Of a stretch of DNA of 64,000 nt, positions 51,855-61,040 are shown one piece after another. Every line of letters starts with the position of its first letter. Position 1 is the first letter of the stretch. Both the position numbers and the translations under genes were made by a program. The stretch covers positions 65,607 to 129,606 of the forward strand of contig JAURFD010000003.1 in NCBI GenBank assembly GCA_030827125.1, written 5' to 3'. The DNA is from Candidatus Nanopelagicales bacterium. GTDB taxonomy: Bacteria; Actinomycetota; Actinomycetes; S36-B12. A model generated the notes under the pieces. It was not told the origin of the DNA. It searched no databases and saw only the letters and a list, made by a program, of their open reading frames with translations.

Positions 51855-51874
51855 ATATCGAAGGAAGTCAACAG

Positions 51875-52198
51875 CTATGCGCGGCCCTCACCGAGGGTGA
51901 TCGCCACCACACCGACCACGACGATGGCGATCCCGCTGACGGTGAGCACCGACAGGCGCTCCTGGAAGATCAGCCAGCCGCCGATCGCCGCACCCATGGT
52001 CCCCAGCCCGGCCCAGATGGCGTACGCCGGACCGACATTGAGTGTCTTGAGGGCAAACGCCAGCAGGGTGAAGGCAACGGCATAGCCCGCCACGACACCG
52101 ATCGACGGCCAAAGCTTGGAGAATCCCTCGCTCGCCTTCAGGGACAACGTGCCGACAACCTCGGCGGCAATGGCAAGGAGCAACAGCACCCAGGCCAT
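51875..52198 (-). CDS. SMR-family multidrug efflux transporter (EmrE/QacE-like)
   Basis: 107 aa with 4 TM helices and a conserved TM1 Glu (LAIAAEVVGTLSLK). Confidence 0.9.
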   Translation of the reverse strand: MAWVLLLLAIAAEVVGTLSLKASEGFSKLWPSIGVVAGYAVAFTLLAFALKTLNVGPAYAIWAGLGTMGAAIGGWLIFQERLSVLTVSGIAIVVVGVVAITLGEGRA

Positions 52199-52204
52199 GA
52201 CGAC

Positions 52205-53581
52205 CTACCCTTCGCGTCGCTCGATCCGCAAGGCTTGCAGGCGCGGGGGGTACTCCGGTGACATGAGCACGTCGATCCGAAGTTCCCCTTGCGCCCCCGT
52301 CATGGTCCACGAGGCATGTGCGGGACTGGTCGAGGTAAGGGATCCTCGCACGAATGGGCCGAGTGCGGTCAAGTCGCTCCACTGCGCCCGACGCTCGTGC
52401 CGAGGCTGGTCGAGATCCAGGTTCATCGCGGCAATGTCATCCAGCGCGCTGTCATCCCACTCCATAAGCAAGGACTCGGCGAGATTCATGGCGGCGATCG
52501 TCTCGGGCCAGAGAGTGCCAAGGACACTCTCGGAATCATCGGCTGCGGTCTCGCCGACGATCTCATCGAGCAGCGTGGCACAGGTCTTGCCCATGGGTGC
52601 ATAGGTGCGATTGGCGAGCGCGACGATCCCCCAGCCGGACTCCGGGTGCCACCGCATGTGCGAGCCATAGCCGGGGTAGCCACCGCTGTGATGGATAAAG
52701 CGGCCGTGCTCCGAACTCTCAGCGACGTACAGGCCCATCCCATAGGACTGGGCGACGCAACCGTCAGGCCCGGACTCAAGCCGGGCGAAGGTCTGGGGTG
52801 ACTGCATCTCCCGCCGTGACCAGCGATCGAGAGGTCCCTCAATGGCTTTGGATCGCCAGCCCGATGACAGGAACGTCACCCAAGCTGCCAGATCCGACAC
52901 CGTGCTCCACAACCCACCCATCGGGCTGAAGGCGCCCGGCGTTGGCTCAGACTGTTCGATCTGTTCCGACGCGAGTGGGTGCCAGCCAATGGCCCGATCG
53001 CGGACCTGCCGCACGTCGTACGTCGTTCGATCGAGTCCCAACGGGGCCAGGAGAATGTCGCGGACGGCATCGACATACGCGCGACCCGTCACCCTCGCGA
53101 TCACGCGGCCGAGCAACGCGTAGCCCAGGTTGGAGTACTCGAAAGCCAGTCCCGGCACTCGGCAAACACTCAGGCCAGCAGAGCCGAGCTCGTCGAACTC
53201 CTCAATCGGAAGGCCCTCCTGCCGATCCCCCCACGGATCGTCGGTGGGGAAACCCGCCGTCATCGTCAGCAGGTGACGGATCCGCAACTCCGGTCCATCG
53301 TCCGGGAGCCCAACACGCGTCAGGGATGGCAGGTATTTCGCCACCGGGTCATCGAGGGCCAGTGCGCCCCCGTCTCGCAGCGCGAGGATGGCCGCGGCGG
53401 TGAAACTCTTCGTCATTGATGCGATGCGGAAGGCGCGTCCGATTGGCGCACCACCGATCGATTCGTGCCCGACCAACTCGCGATGGTGGAGCAGACCAAA
53501 TTCGATGTCACGAATGTGCTCGTTGCTAGCGAACTCCTCAAGCCGAGTCCGCACAAGAGCCCGGGCCGAGTCGACATCCAC
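52205..53581 (-). CDS. serine hydrolase, beta-lactamase/transpeptidase-like family
   Basis: It carries the SxxK motif (ASMTKSF) and a YSN motif (FEYSNLGY). 458 aa. Confidence 0.85.
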   Translation of the reverse strand: MDVDSARALVRTRLEEFASNEHIRDIEFGLLHHRELVGHESIGGAPIGRAFRIASMTKSFTAAAILALRDGGALALDDPVAKYLPSLTRVGLPDDGPELRIRHLLTMTAGFPTDDPWGDRQEGLPIEEFDELGSAGLSVCRVPGLAFEYSNLGYALLGRVIARVTGRAYVDAVRDILLAPLGLDRTTYDVRQVRDRAIGWHPLASEQIEQSEPTPGAFSPMGGLWSTVSDLAAWVTFLSSGWRSKAIEGPLDRWSRREMQSPQTFARLESGPDGCVAQSYGMGLYVAESSEHGRFIHHSGGYPGYGSHMRWHPESGWGIVALANRTYAPMGKTCATLLDEIVGETAADDSESVLGTLWPETIAAMNLAESLLMEWDDSALDDIAAMNLDLDQPRHERRAQWSDLTALGPFVRGSLTSTSPAHASWTMTGAQGELRIDVLMSPEYPPRLQALRIERREG

Positions 53582-53712
53582 GGCGCGACGCTACCGCTCA
53601 GGCCGCCACACCACGAGAAACTGGGCGAAGTACTCCAGGGTCCACTCGCCAGCCCCTATTGTCATTTGCATCTGCAGGTCCGCGGAGCTCCTGCAGCATC
53701 TGAGGAGGCGAC

Positions 53713-54111
53713 ATGGGCTTTGGTCAAGCCGTTAAGCATGTGTTCAGCAACTACGCCAACTTTCAGGGGCGCGCGAGCCGCTCGGAGTTCTGGTGGTTCT
53801 ACCTATTCATGATCATCGTGAACGTCTTGCTCTACATCATCTACGCCCTCTTGGACTTGTGGGGAGGCACCACTGAGTCACTGAGTACGCAAGACATCGT
53901 TGGATACATACTCCTAGGCACTTGGTTCCTGGCCACGATCATTCCCGTCATCGCCGTCTGGGTGCGCCGCCTCCATGACTCGGACAAGTCCGGCTGGTGG
54001 TATCTGCTCGTATTCGCCTGCGGCATCGGTGGCATCGTGCTGCTCGTGTTCGCGCTGCTCCCGGGCACCCCAGGGCCCAACAAGTACGGTGAAGGGCCCG
54101 CCACGGCCTAG
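53713..54111 (+). CDS. DUF805 inner-membrane protein, copy 1
   Basis: The sequence FSNYANFQGRASRSEFWWFYLF...WVRRLHDSDKSGWW...PGTPGPNKYG is the DUF805 signature. The RBS GAGGAGG lies upstream. Confidence 0.85.
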   Translation: MGFGQAVKHVFSNYANFQGRASRSEFWWFYLFMIIVNVLLYIIYALLDLWGGTTESLSTQDIVGYILLGTWFLATIIPVIAVWVRRLHDSDKSGWWYLLVFACGIGGIVLLVFALLPGTPGPNKYGEGPATA

Positions 54112-54144
54112 TCGACTTGCACCACTTTCCCGCCATCACGCGCT

Positions 54145-54184
54145 AAGGTCGGGCGTAGTTGCCGCGGCGAGTGCGCCCGGCCTT
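54145..54184 (+). terminator. hairpin between the two DUF805 genes
   Basis: An 11-bp stem (one G-U pair) pairs AAGGTCGGGCG with CGCCCGGCCTT around an 18-nt loop. It ends 15 nt before the copy-2 start codon. Confidence 0.45.
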
Positions 54185-54199
54185 AGTTGAGGAGGAGAC

Positions 54200-54595
54200 A
54201 TGGGCTTCGGGGCCGCCGTCAAACACGTATTCAGCAACTACGCCACCTTCCAGGGCCGCGCGAGCCGCTCGGAGTTCTGGTGGTTCTACCTATTCATGAT
54301 CATCGTGAATACCGTGCTCTACATCATCTACTTCGTCGGGCTATCGGGAAGCCAAGAAGGGTCCCTGAGCCCACTCGCCATCGTGGGAGGACTTCTCCTG
54401 GCCGTGTGGGTCTTGGCCACGATCATTCCCGTCATCGCCGTCTGGGTGCGCCGCCTCCACGATTCGGATAAGTCTGGCTGGTGGTATCTGCTCATATTCG
54501 CCTGCGGCGTCGGTGGCATCGTGCTGCTCGTGTTCGCGCTGCTCCCGGGCACGCCCGGCCCCAACAAGTACGGCGAAGGACCCGCGACCGCCTGA
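54200..54595 (+). CDS. DUF805 inner-membrane protein, copy 2
   Basis: It has the same signature as copy 1. Identical nucleotide runs of 53, 46 and 41 bp are shared with copy 1. Confidence 0.85.
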   Translation: MGFGAAVKHVFSNYATFQGRASRSEFWWFYLFMIIVNTVLYIIYFVGLSGSQEGSLSPLAIVGGLLLAVWVLATIIPVIAVWVRRLHDSDKSGWWYLLIFACGVGGIVLLVFALLPGTPGPNKYGEGPATA

Positions 54596-54637
54596 CCCCA
54601 ACACGACGAGCGGGCATCGATCTAGGAGACTGGGTCG

Positions 54638-55897
54638 ATGCCCGCTCGTCTTGTCATTATCGGTTCCGGAGAAACCTCACCCACCATGGTGAAGTTGCAT
54701 CGAGAGTTGCTCGCAGGTGCTCCCGGGGTCGCCGCCATGCTCGACACCCCCTTCGGCTTCCAGGTCAACGCCGACGATCTCACCGACAAGATCCGCGGGT
54801 ACTTCAGCGAATCGGTGGGGCGCGACATCGACGTTGCCCGCTGGCGACGTCGCGACGAGCCAGCCACCACGCGCGAGCGGGCCCTGGCGACGATGAACCG
54901 CGCGGATTGGCTGTTCGCCGGCCCGGGCAGCCCGTCGTACGCCCTGCGGCAATGGATCGACACCCCCGTCCCGACCGCCATGCTCGACATGATCGGACGA
55001 GGGGGGACCGCTGTCGTCGGCAGCGCCGCCGCCGTGACCCTCGGCGAGTTCTCCATTCCCGTCTACGAGATCTACAAGGTCGGCGACGAGCCTCGCTGGG
55101 ATGCCGGGCTCGACCTGCTCGGCAGCCTGCTCGGAATTCGCGCCGCAGTCATTCCGCACTACGACAACCGCGAGGGCGGCCGGCACGACACCCGCTTTTG
55201 CTACCTCGGTGCCGAGCGCCTGACCACCATGGAGGAGTCACTGCCCGACCAGGTCGGCGTCCTCGGTGTCGACGAGCACACCGCCATCATTCTCGAGATC
55301 GAGTCCGGGACCGCCACGGTCTTTGGCGCTGGTGGCGTCACCCTGCGCCACCGCGACCGGCAAATCGTCATCCCGGCTGGCGACTCGATCAGCCTTGAGG
55401 ACCTTGCCTCCCATGTCCGCGGTGATGGTGGGACGTCGACGGCTGCGCCGATCACATCCCCGGCAACGTCGGAAAGCACCGACACTGATGTGGCGCCCGG
55501 AGCTCCCTCACTGCGCACGGTCGCACTCGCCCACCAGACAACCTTCGACGAGCGACTTGCCGCCGGGGACGCCGAAGGCGCGCTCGCCGAGGCCCTGGCG
55601 TTGGAGGAGCAGATCCACGCCTGGAGTGCTGACACCCTTCAGGGCTCCGAACTCGACAACGCCCGCACGATCCTGCGCGGCATGTTCGTCGCACTGGCCG
55701 GGGCCGCCGAGTCAGGACTGCGCGACGAGCGCGACGTCATTGCGCCGTACGTCGATGTCGCGCTCGGGATCCGCGCGCGCGCCCGCGCCGCAAAGGACTT
55801 CGCCACCAGCGATGAGGTGCGCGATGCTCTCGCCGCCGCAGGCATCGAGGTGCGCGACACCCCCGAGGGCCCGGAATGGGATCCGGTCGACGGCTGA
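54638..55897 (+). CDS. hypothetical two-domain protein: peptidase-S51/GATase1-like N-domain + CysRS C-terminal-like domain
   Basis: The N-terminus is LVIIGSGETS...ADWLFAGPGSPSY...VVGSAAAV. The C-terminus ARARAAKDFATSDEVRDALAAAGIEVRDTPEGPEW resembles the cysteinyl-tRNA synthetase tail (from memory). Confidence 0.6.
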   Translation: MPARLVIIGSGETSPTMVKLHRELLAGAPGVAAMLDTPFGFQVNADDLTDKIRGYFSESVGRDIDVARWRRRDEPATTRERALATMNRADWLFAGPGSPSYALRQWIDTPVPTAMLDMIGRGGTAVVGSAAAVTLGEFSIPVYEIYKVGDEPRWDAGLDLLGSLLGIRAAVIPHYDNREGGRHDTRFCYLGAERLTTMEESLPDQVGVLGVDEHTAIILEIESGTATVFGAGGVTLRHRDRQIVIPAGDSISLEDLASHVRGDGGTSTAAPITSPATSESTDTDVAPGAPSLRTVALAHQTTFDERLAAGDAEGALAEALALEEQIHAWSADTLQGSELDNARTILRGMFVALAGAAESGLRDERDVIAPYVDVALGIRARARAAKDFATSDEVRDALAAAGIEVRDTPEGPEWDPVDG

Positions 55898-55898
55898 A

Positions 55899-57770
55899 TC
55901 ACTTCAGCAGCGCGACAACCCCACTAATCGTCCCGACGTAGACCGAGCCGTCCGGCCCGAGGTAGCCGCCGGCGTAGTGGTTGTTCAGCATCGGACCCAC
56001 ACCCGCAAGCCGACGCCAGATCACCTCGCCGGTGCGGACATCGACCGCGGTGAACCACCAGGCATCGGTGCCGATCAGGCTGGACTCCTTGGTGTAGGTC
56101 AGCACCGCACCGTCGATCGCCACGCCCTTGGAGACCAGCGACGGAATCGGGAGGTCATCGTTCTCCCAGGCCACCGAGCATCCGGCATCATCAACATCGA
56201 TCTTCGCGAAGCCGGGGACCGTCGTGCGTCCACCGGCGACGGCAAAGGCGGAGTATCCATAGTTGTTCTCCACGAAGAGGGCATCGTCCATCGCAATGAG
56301 GGCGTTCTCCCCCGCGCTCATGCCATCGGCAAAGACCGGAACGGCGCAGTGTGGACGCGGTTCAGCCCCGCTGACATCCACGACAACAACGTTCATGCGC
56401 GGCTCGGCGTTGTCCGTGATCGCGACGAATCGCCCGTCGGCGAACACCGTCGGTGTCGTCCCGGAGGCACGACTGGTCTGGCCGGGCTTGCGGCGTTCAC
56501 CCCGGTCGTAGGCGAAGCGCCACGCGACCTCGAGGTTCCCGGCCACATCCTCGATACGCAGGAGGTCCTCGCCGGTGACGACATAGGCCACTCCGTCGGC
56601 CCCAAGCGCGAAGGAATTTTCGATATCGACCGGCCCGTCCCGGCCGACCAGAGTGGCCTGTGCCTGTCCGGTGGTCGTGTCCAGCAGACCCACACTGCCC
56701 TCGCGACCTACGAACCACAGGCCGGTCTCGCCGTTGGGCAGGACCGAGGTGATGCCCTCCCCCGGAAGCAGGACCTCGCCAACGGTGAACTCATCGATGG
56801 TCTGCAGGGTGCGCGCGTCGAAGCGACCAATGACACCGTTAGGCAACGGTGTGACAAGCCGCTGCTGTGCATCGATGACGGCGTACCCGCCGCCGGAGAA
56901 GTTGGTGAGTGCGTCGGCAGCCAGCGGACGATCGGCGAGTTTGCGTTCGACGCGCGATTCGAGCGTCCGCGGATCGAGGACAAACGCGCGCACCTGCGTC
57001 GGACTCACGCACACGGCGATGAGGTCACGGTCGGCATTCCACAGCAGCGAGGCGCAGTCACCACCGGCGAAGAAGGAGACGACCTCACCGCGCTCGGGAT
57101 CGGGCAGCGCGACGCCACGGTAGGCATCGGTCATCCAGGCATCATTGTGAATGCTCGACCACTGGCCGGGAGCGAGTCCGAGGGATGGCGGCTCCGGCGC
57201 GGTGACGGGGACAGCAGCGGCGGACGTTACGTCGACCGCACTCACCCACGGGGGGCGGGGGAACTGAGGGAGCGAGGTGCTCGCGAGGGCATTGACCACA
57301 CTCACCGCGGCGTACGTCGCCACCAGGCCGATGACGGCCGGAGCGAGGCCGGGCAGCGGCTTGGCCTCGGAATCGGACCGCCACAGGGCCACGATGTCCA
57401 GGAGCGCCGCCACCGCCAGAACGGCGGCGACGACGGGGCGGGATAGCCACGGCGCGGCTACGGCAGGCCAGGCACCAGAGGCGAGAACCACGAGCAGGAT
57501 CCCGAGCGCGATAAGCGCGACGATCGGTGGCCGTCGTCGGCCTCGGTATATCCCGGGGATGCTCACCCACAGCGCCACCACCACGCTGGCGATGAGCACC
57601 AGCAGGATGCCGGCCGCGATGTAGACGGGAGCGGCCGCGCGGACGCCGGAGCCGACCATCCCCGCGCCCACCCAGAGGGAGACGACCAGCCCCATCGGAG
57701 TTGTGACGGCAATGGCGGCGATGAGGGTGCCGACGGCGGCGGCGATACGAATCGCTCGTGCACCCATCAC
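55899..57770 (-). CDS. polytopic membrane protein with large extracytoplasmic beta-rich (propeller-like) domain
   Basis: 623 aa with about 6 N-terminal TM helices over 170 aa, followed by a ~440 aa domain with repetitive beta-strand/Gly-Asp turn patterns. No family was recognised. Confidence 0.6.
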   Translation of the reverse strand: MMGARAIRIAAAVGTLIAAIAVTTPMGLVVSLWVGAGMVGSGVRAAAPVYIAAGILLVLIASVVVALWVSIPGIYRGRRRPPIVALIALGILLVVLASGAWPAVAAPWLSRPVVAAVLAVAALLDIVALWRSDSEAKPLPGLAPAVIGLVATYAAVSVVNALASTSLPQFPRPPWVSAVDVTSAAAVPVTAPEPPSLGLAPGQWSSIHNDAWMTDAYRGVALPDPERGEVVSFFAGGDCASLLWNADRDLIAVCVSPTQVRAFVLDPRTLESRVERKLADRPLAADALTNFSGGGYAVIDAQQRLVTPLPNGVIGRFDARTLQTIDEFTVGEVLLPGEGITSVLPNGETGLWFVGREGSVGLLDTTTGQAQATLVGRDGPVDIENSFALGADGVAYVVTGEDLLRIEDVAGNLEVAWRFAYDRGERRKPGQTSRASGTTPTVFADGRFVAITDNAEPRMNVVVVDVSGAEPRPHCAVPVFADGMSAGENALIAMDDALFVENNYGYSAFAVAGGRTTVPGFAKIDVDDAGCSVAWENDDLPIPSLVSKGVAIDGAVLTYTKESSLIGTDAWWFTAVDVRTGEVIWRRLAGVGPMLNNHYAGGYLGPDGSVYVGTISGVVALLK

Positions 57771-57807
57771 GCCATCCTTGCCTATCAGGTGCCTCTAGGC
57801 TGCGGAC

Positions 57808-59007
57808 ATGGCCTACGACGTTCAGCGCCTGCGCGCCCAGGTCCCCGCTCTTGCGGCGGGCACTGCCCACTTTGACGGACCCGGTGGCACGCAGATGCCG
57901 ACCCCGGTGATCGAGGCCATGGCCGAGACCTTGTCGGCCGGAGTCTCCAATCGCGGACGGCTCACCCCGGCCGAACGTCGTGCCGATGACACGGTGATCG
58001 CCGCTCGCGCGGCGATGGGTGATCTGCTCGGCGCCGATCCCCGCGGGATCGTCTTCGGCCGCAGCATGACCCAGATCACCTTCGATATCGCCCGCACCCT
58101 CGCCCAGGGCTGGGGTCCGGGTGACGAGATCGTGGTGAGCAAACTCGATCACGACGCCGATGTGCGGCCGTGGGTGATCCACGCCGAACGTGTCGGCGCC
58201 ACCGTGCGCTGGGCGGAGTTCGATCCCGCCACCGCCGAGATGTCACCGGAGGATGTCCTGCGCCACGTCGGCGACCGAACCCGACTCGTGGCGCTGACCG
58301 GTGCCTCCAATCTCATCGGCACCCGGCCCGATCTCGCGGCGGTCGCTCGCGGTGTCCACGATGCCGGTGCGCTGTTCTACGTCGACGGCGTCCACCTCAC
58401 CGCGCATGCACCGATCGACCTCGCGGCCATCGGTGCGGACTTCTACACCTGCTCGCCGTACAAGTTCCTCGGCCCGCACCTCGGCGCTCTTGCCGCGGCT
58501 CCAGAACTGCTCGAGCAACTCCACCCGGACAAGCTCCTGCCGGCAACCAACGTGGTTCCAGAACGGTTCGAACTCGGCACGCTGCCCTACGAGTTGCTCG
58601 CCGGTGTCACCGCGGCAGTCGACACCCTCGCCGATCTCGTCCCAAGCGATGGTGATCGTCGCGCACGCGTCCTAGCCTCGATGGTGGCGCTAGAGGAGTA
58701 CGAGGACGGCCTGCATGAGCACATGCGCTCAGGTTTGGAGTCGATCCCCGGGATCCGCCTCTACAGCAATGCTGCACGGCGTACGCCGACCGAGACCTTC
58801 ACCATCGACGGTCACTCCAGCGAGGACATCTCCGTGGCACTCGGTCAGCGCAACGTGAGCGCGCCGGCCAGCAACTTCTACGCACTTGAGGTGTCCCGCC
58901 ACCTCGGCCTCGGGGATGAGGGTGGCGTGCGCGTAGGCCTCGCGCCGTACAGCACCATCGAGGAGATCGACCGCCTCATCGAGGGCCTGCGCGACATCAC
59001 GGCCTGA
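57808..59007 (+). CDS. class V aminotransferase, cysteine desulfurase-like protein
   Basis: 399 aa, full-length match to the fold-type I class V family (HFDGPGGTQMP..., SKLDHDADVRPW, CSPYKFLGPHLG). Confidence 0.8.
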   Translation: MAYDVQRLRAQVPALAAGTAHFDGPGGTQMPTPVIEAMAETLSAGVSNRGRLTPAERRADDTVIAARAAMGDLLGADPRGIVFGRSMTQITFDIARTLAQGWGPGDEIVVSKLDHDADVRPWVIHAERVGATVRWAEFDPATAEMSPEDVLRHVGDRTRLVALTGASNLIGTRPDLAAVARGVHDAGALFYVDGVHLTAHAPIDLAAIGADFYTCSPYKFLGPHLGALAAAPELLEQLHPDKLLPATNVVPERFELGTLPYELLAGVTAAVDTLADLVPSDGDRRARVLASMVALEEYEDGLHEHMRSGLESIPGIRLYSNAARRTPTETFTIDGHSSEDISVALGQRNVSAPASNFYALEVSRHLGLGDEGGVRVGLAPYSTIEEIDRLIEGLRDITA

Positions 59008-59039
59008 TACCGCAGACGATTCAACCGTAGGGAGATCAC

Positions 59040-60008
59040 ATGCTCGCCGCCGCTGCCACCGCCATCGATCCGGCCGATCCGCTGGCCGGTCTGACCGTTG
59101 GGGAGATGCCTGAGCCCAAGGTGCCCGAGGGCTGGGTGCGCGTGCACGTCAAGGCGGCGAGCCTCAACCATCACGATCTATGGAGCCTGAAGGGCGTGGG
59201 CCTTCCCGCCGATCGGCTGCCGATGATCCTCGGCTGCGATGCGGCCGGCGTTCTCGACGACGGCCGCGAGGTCATCGTGCACGGAGTGATCGGCAATCCG
59301 TCGGCCGGCGGTGGCGACGAGACCCTCGATCCCAAGCGCAGCCTGCTGTCCGAGGTCTACCAGGGCACGCTCGCCGAGCAGGTCATTGTCCCCGAGCGCA
59401 ATGTCATCGACAAGCCCGCCGAACTGTCCTTCGTAGAGGCCGCGTGCCTGCCGACCGCCTGGTTGACGGCGTACCGGATGCTCACGACCAAGGCCGGAGT
59501 GCAGCCAGGCCAGACCGTGCTCGTGCAGGGTGTCGGCGGCGGTGTCGCGACCGCGGCCATCGCACTCGCGCACCAACTCGGTGCACGTGTGTGGGCGACG
59601 AGTCGCGATGAGTCCAAGCGCGCGGCAGCAGTGGCACTAGGGGCGGACGAGGCTTTCGAGTCCGGTGCGCGTCTCCCCGAGCGGGTCGATGCGGTGATGG
59701 AGAGCGTGGGCGAGGCAACCTGGTCGCACTCGTTGAAGTCGCTCAAGCCCGGTGGCCGCCTGGTGGTGTGCGGCGCGACAAGCGGTCCGAATCCACCGGC
59801 CGACCTCAACCGCGTCTTCTTCCTGCAGTTGCAGGTGCTCGGCTCGACGATGGGGACACTGGAGGAGCTCATCGCGTTGACCGATCTCATGGTGAGCACC
59901 GGGCTGCGTCCGACGATCTCGGCGACGTACCCGCTGGCTCAGGCTCGCGAGGCCTTCGAGCAGCTCGCCGCCGGTGACGTCATCGGCAAGATCGTCCTCA
60001 CCGTCTAA
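59040..60008 (+). CDS. zinc-type/MDR alcohol dehydrogenase-like quinone oxidoreductase
   Basis: It has a GroES-like N-domain and a Rossmann motif (VLVQGVGGGVATAAIALA). Confidence 0.85.
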   Translation: MLAAAATAIDPADPLAGLTVGEMPEPKVPEGWVRVHVKAASLNHHDLWSLKGVGLPADRLPMILGCDAAGVLDDGREVIVHGVIGNPSAGGGDETLDPKRSLLSEVYQGTLAEQVIVPERNVIDKPAELSFVEAACLPTAWLTAYRMLTTKAGVQPGQTVLVQGVGGGVATAAIALAHQLGARVWATSRDESKRAAAVALGADEAFESGARLPERVDAVMESVGEATWSHSLKSLKPGGRLVVCGATSGPNPPADLNRVFFLQLQVLGSTMGTLEELIALTDLMVSTGLRPTISATYPLAQAREAFEQLAAGDVIGKIVLTV

Positions 60009-60026
60009 CCAGAGTGAGTCGTCCCA

Positions 60027-61040
60027 TCAGTAGTGGGAGGCGGCGGCGTCATGCACAGAGATGCGCTTGCGGAACACCCAGAATGACCACGCCTGGTAGG
60101 CGATCACCAGCGGCAGCGCGAACGCCGAGACCCATGTGATGACCGTCAGTGAGTACTCACTCGCCGCCGACCCTGCAACGGTGAGACTGTCGGCCGGGTT
60201 GAGCGAACTTGGCAGCACATTCGGGTAGAGCGCGACGAACATCTGGAGGACGAACGCCGCCACCGCGACCCCGTGCGCCCAGAAGGCGATCATCGGCTTG
60301 CGACGCCAGTTGGCCACAAGGGCGACGAACATGCCCAGGACAGCGAGGATGCCGAGGAGCAGAGCCGCGAAGTCGCTGCGGGAGAACTCCCAGTAGGTCC
60401 ACACGGCGAACGCCGTCATGAGCGCGCCGGCGACGACGTCGAATCGCATCGCCCACCGCTCATTGCTCACCTGTACCGGCCCGGTCGTCTTCAACGCCAG
60501 GAACGTCGCACCATGCGCAAGGCTGAAGGTCAGCAGCGTGAGACCACCGAGCAGCGAATACACGTTGATGAAGGACCACAGACTATTTCCGACGAACTGT
60601 CCGTCAACCGTGAGCGGAATGCCGTGCACGATACCGGCCCAGAAGACCCCGAAGAGCAGCGCAAGCAGCGCCGACGAGACGGCGACCGAGGTATCCCACA
60701 CCGAACGCCACCGCTCCCCCGGTCGCTTGTAGCGATACTCGATGGCGACCGCTCGCACGATGATGGCGATGATCACCAGCAGCAGCGGCAGGTACGCCGC
60801 CGGGAAGAGCGCGGCGTACCAGGCGGGGAACGCCGCGAAGATGGCGATGCCCCCGGTGATCAGCCACACCTCATCGGCGTCCCACACCGGGCCGATCGCG
60901 GCGAGCATCTGCGTGCGCTCGGGCTCATTGCGGCCCAGCGTGCGCGACAGGATGCCGACCCCGAAGTCGAAGCCTTCGAGGAAGAAGAAGCCGATCCACA
61001 GCGCGGCGATGACGAAGAACCAGATCTCGGGCAGGCCCAC
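60027..61040 (-). CDS. cydB: cytochrome bd ubiquinol oxidase subunit II
   Basis: 337 aa with WFFVIAALWIGFFFLEGFDFGVG at the N-terminus. It abuts cydA. Confidence 0.95.
   Translation of the reverse strand: MGLPEIWFFVIAALWIGFFFLEGFDFGVGILSRTLGRNEPERTQMLAAIGPVWDADEVWLITGGIAIFAAFPAWYAALFPAAYLPLLLVIIAIIVRAVAIEYRYKRPGERWRSVWDTSVAVSSALLALLFGVFWAGIVHGIPLTVDGQFVGNSLWSFINVYSLLGGLTLLTFSLAHGATFLALKTTGPVQVSNERWAMRFDVVAGALMTAFAVWTYWEFSRSDFAALLLGILAVLGMFVALVANWRRKPMIAFWAHGVAVAAFVLQMFVALYPNVLPSSLNPADSLTVAGSAASEYSLTVITWVSAFALPLVIAYQAWSFWVFRKRISVHDAAASHY

Noticed and set aside
53657-53681. A short inverted repeat CTGCAGG...CCTGCAG upstream of DUF805 copy 1, considered as an operator.
   Set aside because: The stem is only 7 bp with an 11-nt loop, contains PstI-like palindromic sequence common in GC-rich DNA, and has no counterpart upstream of copy 2.
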